A program made the position numbers and the translations under genes. The notes under the pieces were generated by a model that was not told the DNA's origin, did no database searches, and was given only the letters and a program-made list of their open reading frames with translations. Shown here piece after piece: positions 50,728 through 64,000 of a stretch of DNA of 64,000 nucleotides (within the stretch, counting starts at the first letter, position 1; each line of letters opens with the position of its first letter). Source of the DNA: Moniliella sp. 'wahieum' (Eukaryota); contig RSEE01000017.1 of NCBI GenBank assembly GCA_003971905.1, forward strand, positions 372,001 through 436,000, given 5' to 3'.

Positions 50728-53700
50728 TTACTTGGGCACCTTGGACTCAAAGTAGCCTGGGCGGCTTGGAGAGCCTCCGCAAGCTTGGGCTGCTCGCCGA
50801 CACCCTGCGCCGCATCGTTCTTTCCGCCACCACGTCACCAACCGACTTGCTCAACGCCGAGCAGTCTTGCGTTGACGCCATGCTCACGGTCCTGCTCCGA
50901 TACGTAGTTGGCATGGACCAGCTTAGTCTTGCCTGCCACGGTCTCTTCGGAGAAGAGGTAGACCGACTTGCCCAACTTGCGCGCATTGCCAATGCCCCCC
51001 GTCAGTGCCTTGGCGTTGGAGCCAACATCAAACGCCTTGATCAGGACAGGTGCGTTGGTTGCTCGGTTTGGAAAAAGTTGGTGACCCCATCAGCGACAAT
51101 TTGAGCCCGGCCTTCTCCTTGGCCTTCGTCTCGGCATCGAGCGCTTTGCGAATCGCACTGAAACGTGCTTGGATCGCTGCCTTCTCCCGCACACCAATTT
51201 CGAGTTGGTCCAGCTCATTTGCAAACGCTTTGAGCTCGGTGTCCTTCGCCGCCTTGTCCGCCACACCATCAATCCGAGTCAGCTTGTCCTCAGCCTCCTT
51301 GGCGCGGCGAACGACTTCTTGGCCTCATTGCCGGTGACAGCGACAATACGACGAGTGCCCTTGGCAATACCACTCTCCTCGATGATGACCAAATCTTTGA
51401 TGTCACCCGTCGACTTTACGTGGGTACCCCACAAAATTCGATCGACGTACCACGCCACTTGGGGTTGGTAAGGTCCTTCTCAATCTCCTCAATTGGGAAC
51501 TCGAGAGCAACAACGCGCACTGGGTCGGGGTACGCCTCTCCAAAGACGGCACGAAGTCCGGTAATCTTACTCGCCTGTTCAAGCGACAAGTCCTTGGCGT
51601 ACACCTTGACGTCCTCTTGATCCACCCCTTGCTCAGGTCCTCGATCTTGGCCAGATCAGCCACAGGAATCTGGGACTTGTGGCTAAAGTCGAACCGCAAC
51701 TTGGTGGGGGCTACAAGCGAACCCTCTGGTCGACATGGTCGCCGAGGACCTCGGGAGGCAGTAGTTGAGAATGGGGTGCCGTGTGGTTGTTGCGCAGGGG
51801 CCAGCGACGCAGTTTCGTCGTACGTCGAGGTCGCCTTGTCCCCAACCTGAACTCGCCTGGCTCGACGCCCTCTCGAATTGACCCGAATGGAGTACGTAGC
51901 CACCGTAGATTTGCACGTCATCCACCACAAGTCGTTCGGTGGTTGACGTGACCCCCGTGTCGGCCTGCTGACCGCCCTGCTCGGCGTACATGTTGGTCTT
52001 GTCGAGCACAATACCGAGGCTTGGAGAGGCCTCGGGTGACTGGAAGAATTTGCCGCCCTGGAAAATGGCACGATCGTTGCCTCGATGCTCTCCTCGGTGA
52101 ACTTGAACTTGTCGTGGTCCTGGGCCCGTTTCGTTGTGGTCCAGCGTCGCAATGTCGTGCACGTCCAGCTTGGGTCGTCCCGAAGACGTCTTAGGCCCAC
52201 CCTTGGACGCCTCCTTGGACGCGGCCTGTGCCTCGTCGAATTTTGGTTCACACCCAGCCTTGCTCCTCGGCCAGAAGAGCGTAAGGTCAACAGGGAAGCC
52301 GTACGTATCGTAAAACCGCCGTTAACACAACTCCTTCCATCCGAGCTTCTTGGCCTTGGCCGCGTATTGCTCAAACAGCCTCTCTCCACGGTCCAGAGTG
52401 GGGCGAAAGACTGCTCCTCCTCGTCGAGGATTTCTTGCACATCCTTGACGTGGCTAGTGATCTCAGGGAAGAAGGGACCCATGTGCTCAGCAACGGTCGG
52501 CACCAGCTGACTGAAGAAGTGGCCGATGGGGACGTTGAAGTACTTGCGCGCGTAGCGTGTGCCGCGGCGCAAGATGCGAGCAGTACGTACCCACGCCATC
52601 CTTGTCCGGCACACCGCCATCCGAGATGGCAACCGTGAGCGTACGAACATGGTCGCAATCACACGGTACGCCGTCGATGCCGTCCTTGTCGTCGGCTCCG
52701 AGCTTGCCAGCGTACGGCCGGGCATTCGTCAGCTCTTGGATCTTAGCAAACAAAGGCGAAAAGACGTCCGTGTCGTAGTTGGACCGACGGTCTTGCAGCA
52801 CCGATACAAGTCGCTCGTATAGCCCATGCGGTGTCAATGTGCTTGGCCGGTAGCGACGACGGACTGCCATCGGCCTCGCGGTTGAAACTGGATAAACACA
52901 TTGTCCAGATCTCAAGCACATCCGGGTCGTCCATGTTGACCAGGTGAGCCGCATTGCGCCCCCAATGCGGTCATAGTGGATCTCTGAGCATGGACCGCAT
53001 GGGCCCGTGGCGCCCATTTCCCAAAAGTTGTCCTTGGCATCACCTGTAAGGATGTTGGTCTTCAGCAACGCCGACGGAGCGCCAGATATCGCGGGCCTCC
53101 GTGTCGGGTTCGAGTCCTTGCTTCGCATCACTCGAAGTAGGTGACATAGAGACGATCTTTAGGAATGCCGTACACTTCAGTCAAGAGATTCCACGCGAGC
53201 GGATGGCTCAGACTGTTCAGGAGGAGTTAGTGGGAGGAGGGAGGAGGGGAGCAGAAGCAGAAACACATACCTTGAAATAGTCGCCAAAGGACCAGTTGCC
53301 AGCATCTCAAAGAAAGTGTGGGGTACGAGTCCTTGCCGACATCGTCCAAGTCATTGTTTGCCACCGGCGCGGATGCACTTTTGCGAGTTGGTAGCGCGCT
53401 TCAGAGAGGCCAGGTGGGAGGCAGCCTCGACGGTGCCGAGAAAAATGCTTTTGTATTGGTTCATGCCGGCGTTGGCAAACAGCAGTGTCGGGTCATCGTA
53501 GGGGATGGTGCGCTGGGGGCACAAAAATGTGCTGGTGCTCCTTGGTGAAGTAGTCAATGAACGTCTGGCGCACCTTGGCGGCGGGCCAATCGCCGAACTG
53601 GCTCTACGTCGACACGGAGACGGGCGTCGGCGTGTACGTGGACGAGGTCGACATGGCGGCGAGGGCGGGGATGGGTGGTGGGGGCGAGGCAAGAGAGACG

Positions 53701-53739
53701 CGCGCGGGCTGCCAGTCGTGGAGGCAGGCGAGCAAGCAT
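50728..53739 (-). CDS. ALA1: Alanyl-tRNA synthetase
   Basis: [118 protein letters not shown]. Intron ~53214-53270. Many indels. Confidence 0.96.
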
Positions 53740-53949
53740 GCGGCCAGACTGCGGCCGAGAAGCGCCGCCGGGAGGCCTTCGAATCGGAACCTGAAACACC
53801 GAAACCCGCCACCGTTCGCCCATCGGCGGAAACAGCCCCCCCGCCGTGTGAAAAAATGATCACCACCACCTCAGTCTGTTTTCCGCCGGGGCGCACCTGG
53901 CTCGCCACTGCTTTCCCCTGCCACCTCTTGCGCGCCTGCATCGTCTGTG

Positions 53950-54313
53950 CCAGTACGCATCGTCTCTGCTTCGGCGCTGGCGTTCCCTTCTCGTGACCCT
54001 GACCACATCCACTTCTTCTCCAGATTATCCCTGCGCTGCTTCTCTTGCGGAAAGGTCGTGGGCGACAAGTGGGACCTGTTTATGGGCATGATCAACGTCG
54101 ACATCGAGGAGGGCCAGGCCCTGACTGAGCTTGGTCTTAAGCGCTACTGCTGCCGTCGCATGGTGCTCACTCACGTCGACCTGATTGAAAAGCTGCTGCA
54201 CTACAACAGTATGTGTTTTTTTTTTTCCTTGCGCTTCCCAGCGTTTCCGTCCTCTCTTGTGGCTACTAACCATGTCTGTCCCTCCAGTCCACGACCGGTC
54301 CCAGGACGAGTAG
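53950..54313 (+). CDS. RPB10: RNA polymerases I/II/III subunit RPABC5
   Basis: [42 protein letters not shown]. Introns 53953-54023 and 54209-54287. The start codon appears damaged by a deletion. Confidence 0.93.
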
Positions 54314-54411
54314 CCAGCGTCATCTCACTTCTACGTGTACCATATCCTGCCTGTACCCCTCTCCTCAAAAATGCGCATGGCTTGCCTATGCTCACATGGG
54401 CCAGTGCATGC

Positions 54412-56333
54412 TTACTGGAGCGCACGTGTGGGCTCATAAAGCACCTCTTCTGCAAGCGGAAGATCGAGAGGTCGAGGCGGGGGTATAGCCTCCCCGGGCC
54501 GACGGGAAGGGCGTGGGGAGATAGTGTCCCGTGCTCCCATGGTTGCGGTAGTAGCATCCACTGCAGCTCCCTCTGCGGGGCGTCGGAGAAGGGGCCGCGG
54601 CAGAGCGAGCCCAGGGGGGGACTGGGAGCGGTAGGCTGGTCGCCTCCCGCCCCCGATCAGAAAAGTTGAAAAGGGTTTGCAATCCGGGTGAGCTGGGTTC
54701 GGAGCCCAACAAACCCGTCTCCGCCAGAGGGAGAAGAATCGGTTGCGTTGCGGTGGTGGTGTAGAGGGCACAGAGCCCCCTGGTTCCGTAGGGGTACAGG
54801 CAGGTGAGGGAACAGACACGCGCTTCATCCGCCTGGGATCCGCCCCTATTACGGCGTTCCCAGGCTGGATCGCTTCTTTTCTAGCGTTGACCACTGCAGA
54901 AGGAAGGACAGCCTTGGTACTTGCGCATCTGCCGGCAGAGCAATGGCACATCCATCTCGCGGGACTCTTCGTCGGATTCCGAGCTGTGGCATCCAACCAC
55001 AAGCGCCTAATGCACCAATGGGACGACCCAGACTTAAGCGCCGCCTCCCCTGTGCGTTGTAGAAACTGGCGTGTGTCCTGAGCCAGAGCTGGGTAGTGAG
55101 TGGTGTCGTTAATGCGGTGAAGCCGCCCCCGAGGGAAGTGGGTGTAGGGATGGCGTTCTCCCCATTACTTGCAATGCTGGAAGAGGGGCTGGACCGATTG
55201 CACTTGTCCTGAACTAACCACTTGGGCTGGAGACGCCAAAGTATACGCCTTTCCTCCTCGGGAGAAATGTTGGAAAGTGAAGAGAGGTCCATTTTCTCAA
55301 TGAACCCAAGAGCGCTTGGATGGACGCGAGATAATACCCTTCTTCGGATGAGAGATACTTATGTCCCCGAAATCGACCAATGTACTCCACATTAGACACG
55401 ATATGGGAGCATCGAGCCCGTATCAAGGTCAATATGAGCAGCGGAAGGAATGAATCGGCCCCAGCCTCGGTGGGGAGACGACGAATCAGGCCAAAGAGGA
55501 CCTTGCACACGTTGAGCAGCACGATCAACTTATCCCTCGGCGCTTTGTATTGGTTAATGCATCGTAGCTCCTGGGCAGCAAAATGAAGATATGCCTTGGA
55601 AGAGGATACATGTGGAAGATCAAGATGGCGTTCGGCGATCCAGGAGAATAACCGCTTGTCGGTCGAGAACTGTGTCCCTTTGGAGATCATTGGATCCAAT
55701 GGGCGTCCGCCCTGCGGCTTCTTGTGCCGGTGGGAACACATGTGAATACACACGCGTAGAATAAACTTCTCCATGGCTTCATTTGTTCTCTCTCTCTGCC
55801 TCGGTTAGGGCGATCCAAGGAGACGTGGACGCCATCAGATCGTCAACGGAGGCCAAAAAACCGAAGCTGTTCAGCTTGATCATGAACCGGACGGGGCCGA
55901 CGGACAAAGTCTTGCAAAAAACTAGAAGAGCCATGTTAGATTCAGGAGGAAACAGAGAAGCGAAAACGAACCTCCGTATATGTTCACGCACAGGAGCCGC
56001 GCTCTTGGTGGTGAGCTGCTCGAGAAAGAGGTTCAAATCTAAGAGAGTCTCGTTCGTCTCAGAGGTGGGGGGGCGGGCGCGGGATTGATGAGCCAAGGAA
56101 GCGCTTGGTTTGCACGGAAGTTTGTCGTGGGCGGGGGAGGGGGAGGTTGGGAATCGGTCGTGGGGGTCGGATGCTGGTGCTGGAGGGCAGGAACGAATGG
56201 GGCTCGGTAATTGGGCCGCCGGAGCGACCGGAGCCGGGGACGTGGCGGACGTGGGAGAGAACGTACGAGCACGGGTCTCCCGTCCGGCGCCCTCTGGAAC
56301 CAACATGGTGTTCGATACAAGTGTGGCTTCCAT
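54412..56333 (-). CDS. VPS9: VPS9-domain Rab5 GEF
   Basis: [95 protein letters not shown]. Ends approximate. Confidence 0.88.
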
Positions 56334-56701
56334 CGAGCATGCAACGGGCAGGCGCAGTTGTGGGTGGGGGCGTGGGCCAGACCGAGGGCGGGAAGGTGGC
56401 CGAGGGACGGCTGGACGAGGGAGGAGCGCAACGCTGCTCCACAGGTACATACTACGGCTCCAATGCTGGACCCTGGCCCTTGCCATTTCAATTTCAATCT
56501 CCATCGTTGGTGCGCAGCCTCCCAGAGTGAGGAAGCAGGCGACAGGCTACCAGTGGCGCCGTGCGGTTCAGCCCGCGGAATGATGCGGAATCAGCCAGGG
56601 GCGGGGTTGCTAGCTACTAGTTACTAATTGCCGGGCGCCCTTCAAGCTTCAGCTTCAGGCTGAAGCTCCAGGCAGCTCGTGGGCAGCCAGCGGACGCAGC
56701 C

Positions 56702-57375
56702 GATGGCTTGGACCTGGGACATCGACCACCACCCACTCCGCCCATGCCCAGCCCATCATCTCCCGTGCTGGCCAAGTTGGCTTACGATCAAACGGAAACG
56801 CTCTCAACGTACCGCGCGTGAACCCTTGGATCTTGCGGACCAAAGCGATCGGCGTGTCGGCTGTGTTTGCCAGCGTGGCTGGTGCCGCCCTCTACAAGAT
56901 CGCAACCCGCCCGTACGTCGCTCTTGCATATTCAACCTGCCGCTCTGGAAATGCTGACAAACCATGTGTTTTTACAGCAAGAAGGAGGACCCCTGGGTCC
57001 GCGTGAGGTCCTACGGCTTTTAGATGCGTCGCTTTGCGCAGCCAACTTCTGGGTCTGGAGGTGTTCTATCTTGAGGAAGCAAGGGTTCTGGACAAGAAGA
57101 CAATCACAGGGAGGTCTTGATATGTCCTATTTCATGCCAGGAATGCTGCGAATGTTGCCTATGCATCGTGTATATCCATCATGCTGACCCAGGGGCTTAG
57201 TGCTCATGGAATTGGGGTTCTGGTCTATTCATCTACCGAACGATGGGACTATTCGGGATTGGCGGCCAGGAAAGATCTCATTGGAGATGGTTCATCGATC
57301 ATCGCTTGTCTTCCTTCGGATGCACTCGCGCTAGATCCGATTCAGAAGCGAATGCCGGGAGTCAGAGGGTTCTGA
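56702..57375 (+). CDS. Small hypothetical spliced protein
   Basis: Clear intron GTACGT 56912..GCTGAC..TACAG 56977, and a second with a GCTGAC..CAG acceptor at ~57192. Hydrophobic segment IGVSAVFASVAGAALYKI. Divergent from VPS9. Confidence 0.4.
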
Positions 57376-57758
57376 CCTGTTGCCGATGTTACTGACTTCC
57401 TATTGGGTTGGCACGAGCTAGCAGCGCACGCTGGAGGAGAGAGCTTGGCATGCGCATCCTTCCTTATCCCGACCTCACGTTATGCACATACTATCGAAGA
57501 AGAGAGTCTGAGTCTCTGTCACTGAGTGCCGGGGACTGAGCGTTAATGGTTGGGTGCCATAGAAGATGGCATATTGGCTACCATATTGGATCCGCCTTGT
57601 ACTTTTTTAACTCATACAAGTGTATTGCTTCGAAGCATTTTGGGGAGGAGAAACCAAACCCATTCGCTGCAAGGGAAAGACCAGGGTAGGAATTAGAGGG
57701 GGAAAGGAAGAGAAGAAAGCGAGCTTCTCGGAGTTGTAGTCCACAAAGGAAGGTCAAA

Positions 57759-58781
<1,023 letters not shown>

Positions 58782-59131
58782 GTGGTGGTTGCAGGCTCGT
58801 CAGTGCTTTTTCTTTCCGGCCATTTTTCTGCGTTGCACATCAATCAGGGCCGTGGGGTGTTGCACCGAGGTAGAAACATCGCATTGGTCCATCACCCATC
58901 CCGAGCATCATCATGCATCAATCCACCTTCAGCAGCAGATCATCGATCATCGATCATCGAACTCATACCACAACTGCCTCACTGCCTCACCTACGTCGAT
59001 CGTTAAGCACATTCAACCGCCTTCCATTCACCTCGAGAGCACCATCCACCTTAGATCCCAAACCTACGGAGTAGGCGTGCTCCGCAGCTAAATCCCACGA
59101 AAATGATGCATGCGAGAAGCAGGACAATGTA

Positions 59132-60759
59132 TTACTCAATGTCATGTTGCTGGATCACATCGTCAATCTTGAGCACGCGCGGACAAGTGGGTGGCCAGTA
59201 GTAGCTGTTGCCGCTTGGATACGAGTGGATCCCACACATACGCCTCTTTCATGTCTCCTGCCCCATCTCCTGAGGCCGAGGTCCCCATACAGTCAATCCC
59301 CAGCCGCGGATTGGACTCGAGAGCTTGTCTGCTCTTCGCCGCCGCCAAGCTTTCGATAGGGCTCAGGCCGCTGTTGGCCGCAAGGGCGAGAGGGGTAGCC
59401 AGTGCCTGCTGAAGGCACGGATGGCGTATTGTTCCACAGAGGGCTCCTTGTCTGCCGCAGCGCTCACTGCAAGCCCTGCCGAGATCTCAGCTGCTCCACC
59501 GCCATATACCACGCGGTTGTCCGCACCAATGCGCGGACAACGCTCATGGCATCGTGCAAAGCGCGCCGTGCCTCGTCAACAATCATCTTGTTGCTCCCAC
59601 GCACAAATACAGTCACTGCGCGTGCATTGGCGCACTCCTCCACGACAAGCATCTTGTCCCGGGTCGTGCCAAAGCCTACTTGACGCACTACGCCGGCGCG
59701 CCCCAGCTTGGCCGGGGCCAAGTCCTCAAACCGAGGTACAATCCGGCCTCCAGTCGCAATCGCCACAAGCTCCATCTCAGGTCCCCCAACCCAGGACGGC
59801 TGGAAGATTGTGTTGGAGCAACAGGTGGTTTGCCTCGTCATCAAAGCCCCACTGGCACATGACCAAGTTGGCCCCTGAATCCTTGACTTGCTGGATCATC
59901 TTTTCGAACGTCTCTCGTTCATACTTCTCCAGCTTACGGTACTCGTCAACCGACGTGATGTCGAGCTTGTGCTTGGTCTTGGGCCGTGGTGGCTCGAAGG
60001 GCACGTGAGAATAGCAATTCTGGCATCGTGCACGGCCCGGGGCATCTGCGGGTGGCTAAAGTCCTTGTCGAGGACGACGCCGTGAACCAAGGCCGTATCC
60101 TCGAGCGAACCGCCGACCTTGCCATCGACCTTGATCAATTCAAAGTCCACGTCCTTCCGCTCCAGATCAGCAACTGACAGCACTGCATCAATGGCGATCT
60201 GGGCAAATTTGTCACTTGACTTGTTCACAATCTTAGATCCCAACGACGTTTTCGCCACCTTCAACAGCTCGCTCGTGTTCTCGCGGCTGAATGGGATGTG
60301 TCGGCGACTTTCTCAAGCTCGGCCACGGCAATTCACATGCACGATCATATCCATCGGCAATGCGAATCGGATGAATGCCCTTGTCAATCAGGCTTTCAGC
60401 CTGCTCGAGCAAAGCTCCAGCAAGAACCACGACGCCAGTCGTACCATCGCCAATTTCGTCATCTTGGGCCTTGGACAGCTCAACAAGCAGCTTTGCAACG
60501 GGGTGCTCCAACTCCATGTTGTTCATAATGGTCGCACCGTCATTGGTGACTTGGATGTCGCCGTCGGGGCCGATGAGGATCTTGTCCAGGCCACGGGGCC
60601 CGAGGGAGGTCTTGACAATGTTAGCCACCGTTTTGCCGCAGCGATGTGTGCCTTGATCGCCTCAATGCCATGCGCGCGCGTCTTCTTGCCTTGCTCACGC
60701 ACGACAATAAAAGGGCGCCCATACTCGTCCTGAGCATACGCTACTTGCGGCTCGGCCAT
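59132..60759 (-). CDS. CCT5: T-complex protein 1 subunit epsilon
   Basis: [95 protein letters not shown]. Frameshifts present. Confidence 0.96.
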
Positions 60760-61484
60760 GGTCGAGACAGGTAGGTGGGGGGAACTGGTGGCGGGGGGAT
60801 GGCAGAGAGAAAAGCCCCGTGAACGAGACGCGCCGCCGCGCGACTACCGGGGGGGCACCGCAGGCTCGCGCCCTGCCCGTGGGCGGAACGCTTCGGCTTG
60901 CTTCTTCCCGCCCACACCAACACGCCGGGCACAGAGCCAGTCTGTGTCCATTTCAAATGTTCAACGCGTGCGTGTTCGTTCGCACCCCGCCGAGGCGCAA
61001 CTACCGGCGCCCTCTCTCGCGCGCAGGCCTGGCTGGGCAAGAGAATCGCCGTGCGTACTGCTTCTGCTGCTCGTTCCTTCGCGCCACACAGCAGCCAATC
61101 CAGCGCCCAGCACGCAGGCCCAGGAGTCAGGATCACAACGCACACCACCATCCTCTGGTCCCACGAGTGGAGCAGATTGCCAGGTGGAAGCTTGGGGCGT
61201 ACAAGGGCGTGCGTACATCGAACAGGTGGGCGGGCTATCACATCCTCCTGCAGTACTGTCTAGCTACGCGCTCTCTGCGGTCAAGCAAAAACAACGAACA
61301 CGCTTCTGCCCAACAAATAGCTCACACGCAGGCCATGCAGCAGGCAAATGATCAGATGTAGGAAGGAGGATCGGTTCATCGTAGTTCTGGAAATCAAGTT
61401 GCCAGTTCCAGCAGAACTGCTGACAACTGGCACACCGAGAGCCAGGGTAAGGAATTCAAAGAACGCCGAGACAGGTGACTAAAT

Positions 61485-62425
61485 TTACTTGTAAACCTTG
61501 CCAAACAGCACCTCCTGGAGCTTGTCGTAGCCCGACAGCACACCAGCGCCGGCCACACCACGAAGGATGTTGGCGCCGGCACCCTTGAAGAGCGACTTGA
61601 CGCCCTCCTTGGCAACAATCTGGCGACCAGCATCGAACATGCCGTTTGTAGTGCGTCTTGCCACCCGAGGTCATCATCATGCGACGACGGATCGTGTCGA
61701 GCGGGTACGAAGCAATGCCGGCACCCGTGGTGACCACCCAGCCGAGCAGGAAGGAAGCGAGGAAAGAGCCCTCAAGAGGACCCGTGATGATAACCGGCTT
61801 AACCGAGTCGTACACACCAAAGTAGAGACCACGGTAGACCACAATACCGACGACCGAGGGGATAAAGCCACGGTAGAGACCAGCGATACCGTCCGAAGCA
61901 ATCGTCTTGCGGTACACGTCGAGATGAGGCCGTTGAACTGGCGCTCACCACCCTTGCCGGCCGACTTGGCGTCGTTGGCAAGACGAGTACGGGCGTAGTC
62001 GAGCGAGTAGACAAACAGAAGCGACGAGGCACCAGCGGCACCACCCGAGGCAATGTTGGCACTGAGCTTCTTGACGTAGGGGGCATCCTTGGGCACCTTG
62101 AACAGGGCCTTGAAGTAGTCCTTGAAGGCAAAGTTAAGAGCCTGGGTGGGGAAGTAACGGATGACGTTGGCCGTGTTGCCACGCCAGAAGGAGACAAGGC
62201 CCTCCGACTTGTAGGTGCGAGTGAAGGTGTCGCCGAGACCGCTGTAGGGCGGTCAAGACGGCCTTGCTTGATCATCTCATCCTGGTTCTGGATGAGAAGC
62301 TTGACACGCTCGATGGGGGCAGCCGCCGTCTTGGAGACAGCGGCCGAGATGCCACCCATCATAAAGTCGGTGAAGAAGGACGAGGCCGTCTTGGGCTTTT
62401 GCGCGGGATCGACAACGGCACCCAT
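61485..62425 (-). CDS. AAC: Mitochondrial ADP/ATP carrier
   Basis: [72 protein letters not shown] (RRRMMM signature). Apparently intronless; frameshifts present. Confidence 0.97.
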
Positions 62426-63655
62426 GGTGAAGGAGGAGTTGTTGGTGGGAAAGAGAAGGAGCTGCTGCAGCTCCGTTCGTGCTTGTGCAGAGGGTAGATA
62501 GCAGCAGCCCCGCAGCAACACAGGCGCGGCGCCGGGAAGGCTGCGCCGACGGGATGACAGCACGAGGGCAGTGAGGTGCATGCTGTTTGCCACGCAAGCT
62601 GGCGCCGTGCGGGCGGGATTCCAGCTGTTGCTGTGCTGTCAAAGGTTTTTGAAATCAACGGCGGCATAGGGCGACCGGTGAGCGGTGGCCGCCACCCGTG
62701 AAGCGATGACGATGCCGCGGGACGAGTGGCAGGCGGCGATAGCGCAACCATCGATAGCGCAAGCGCAGTGCAGCTTACGGCGCCGTGTTTGGGGCTACCG
62801 GGTACCGGTTGCCGGCTGCCCGTTCCGTTACATGGGTTAGCACCTCCTCCTTGGAACCATAATATGCCAACTCGATGAAGCTCCGGTACCTCATGAATCA
62901 TCCCGAGGCCTGAGGACCAAAGGCTCACCCGCATGGCGAAGAATGACGCCAGAGTACCATCAACAAACAGTTCATCTCGCACCAGAGTATTCTCACCACC
63001 TCGGCTGCTGCGCTTCCGTACGATCATCTCTCGACTGTACAGTTCCAAGCCCCCTTTGAAGGAACCATTTCGTGTGGCCTGAGCAGATGCACAGAGCGGG
63101 GATCGCTTTCCGACATGCGACGGCCCCTAAGGCCTAAGGCCTAATTGGCGTACGCGGTGGCTCCATCATGCATCACCGCACCCAGACAAGGCGAAAGCAG
63201 GTTGAAAAGACTAGTGGCCTCAAAAGCGACAAACGCATGCAGCAAAAGAACCCCCCCTGTATTGGTGACTGCTGATGACATAGGATCTAGGGAGAAGGGC
63301 CACACGACGGTGCAGGCGGAGGGCCTAAGCATAGTGCATGTCTTCATTACATGGATTTTGAGACCAACGATGACATATACCTTGCTGGAGTCGTTTGTAT
63401 TAGCGCCATCAAAACTACGGAGCATGGAGTCATGGGGTGATACACGCGGCGCAGGCGCCAACAGAATCGATTACGATTGCAACAAGGTGTGAGCATCCGT
63501 GGGGTAAACATGGAAGAAATCTGAGCCATGGCAAGAGAACGTTTCAGCCAAACGAAACATATCTTTTTGGTAGACCACCACGTCGCGGGGAGGGTGGAGG
63601 TCAAATGTGAGTGAGCGAAAAAAGGGAAATATGGGAAAATGATAGACTGCCCACA

Positions 63656-64000
63656 TTACTCCTTCTTCTCGGTGCTTTCGCTAGCCTGCTGCTGGCTCCG
63701 CGTTGCGCTTCTCGTAGATCTGCTTGAAGAGGCCGAGCGACGCCTGCTGGGTCTCGTTGATCTGTTCCCGCACCTGGTCCGGGGTGATGTCCGAGTCACC
63801 ATTTTGGGCCTTGGCTGCCAGCTCCTCCGTCTTCTTGATAAGCTCGTTGAGCTTGTCCTTCTCCTCCTGAGGCAGCTGGTCGGCGAACTCGCCAAGAGCC
63901 TTGGAGGTCTCGGCGCACACACCCTGGGCGCGGTTCGCCTCCTCGATCAACTCCTTGCGCGCCTTGTCGGCTTCGGCGTGCTTCTCGGCATCCTGAACCA
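63656..64000 (-). CDS. SSC1: Mitochondrial Hsp70, C-terminal part (truncated by the window edge)
   Basis: VQDAEKHAEADKARKELIEEANRAQGVCAETSKAL..INETQQASLGLFKQIYEKR..ESTEKKE*. Confidence 0.88.

Noticed and set aside
53100..53122. GGTTCGAGTCC tRNA T-arm/B-box-like motif
   Set aside because: It lies antisense within ALA1 coding sequence, with no cloverleaf around it.
62600..63650. ORFs between AAC and SSC1
   Set aside because: There are no recognisable motifs; the region fits the AAC promoter and SSC1 3' UTR and contains a phased TAA-GGCC array.

Overview
This is a gene-dense eukaryotic (fungal) genomic window with about 28 recognisable or probable protein-coding genes. Short GT..AG introns with CTRAC-like branch points, intron-poor housekeeping genes and a Rua1-type domain point to a basidiomycete, probably an Ustilaginomycotina-like yeast or smut; this placement is inference. 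In order, the genes are: a secreted histidine-phosphatase/PGM-family protein, a CSR1-like CRAL-TRIO protein, an ERJ5-like J protein, REG1, ATP4, complex I 9.5-kDa subunit, a CID-domain protein, an Sds3/Dep1-like protein, a Rua1/DUF4451 protein, DUF1765, DUF6534, a Zn2Cys6 transcription factor, formamidase, PEF1, a PUF protein, a large TPR protein, a NIPA Mg transporter, ALA1, RPB10, VPS9, HMT1, CCT5, the ADP/ATP carrier and the 3' end of mitochondrial Hsp70. Many genes, including essential ones, carry frameshifts that are most likely long-read indel errors, so gene boundaries are approximate. I found no rRNA, tRNA, CRISPR array or intact transposon. The most striking unexplained signal is non-coding. 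Intergenic and promoter DNA repeatedly carries 7-bp-phased arrays of T(C/G/T/A)A triplets separated mostly by 4-bp palindromes. The palindrome's identity changes (AGCT, TCGA, CGCG, CCGG, CATG, GATC, GGCC, ACGT, AATT, TTAA, TGCA, CTAG, GTAC) while phase and symmetry are kept.
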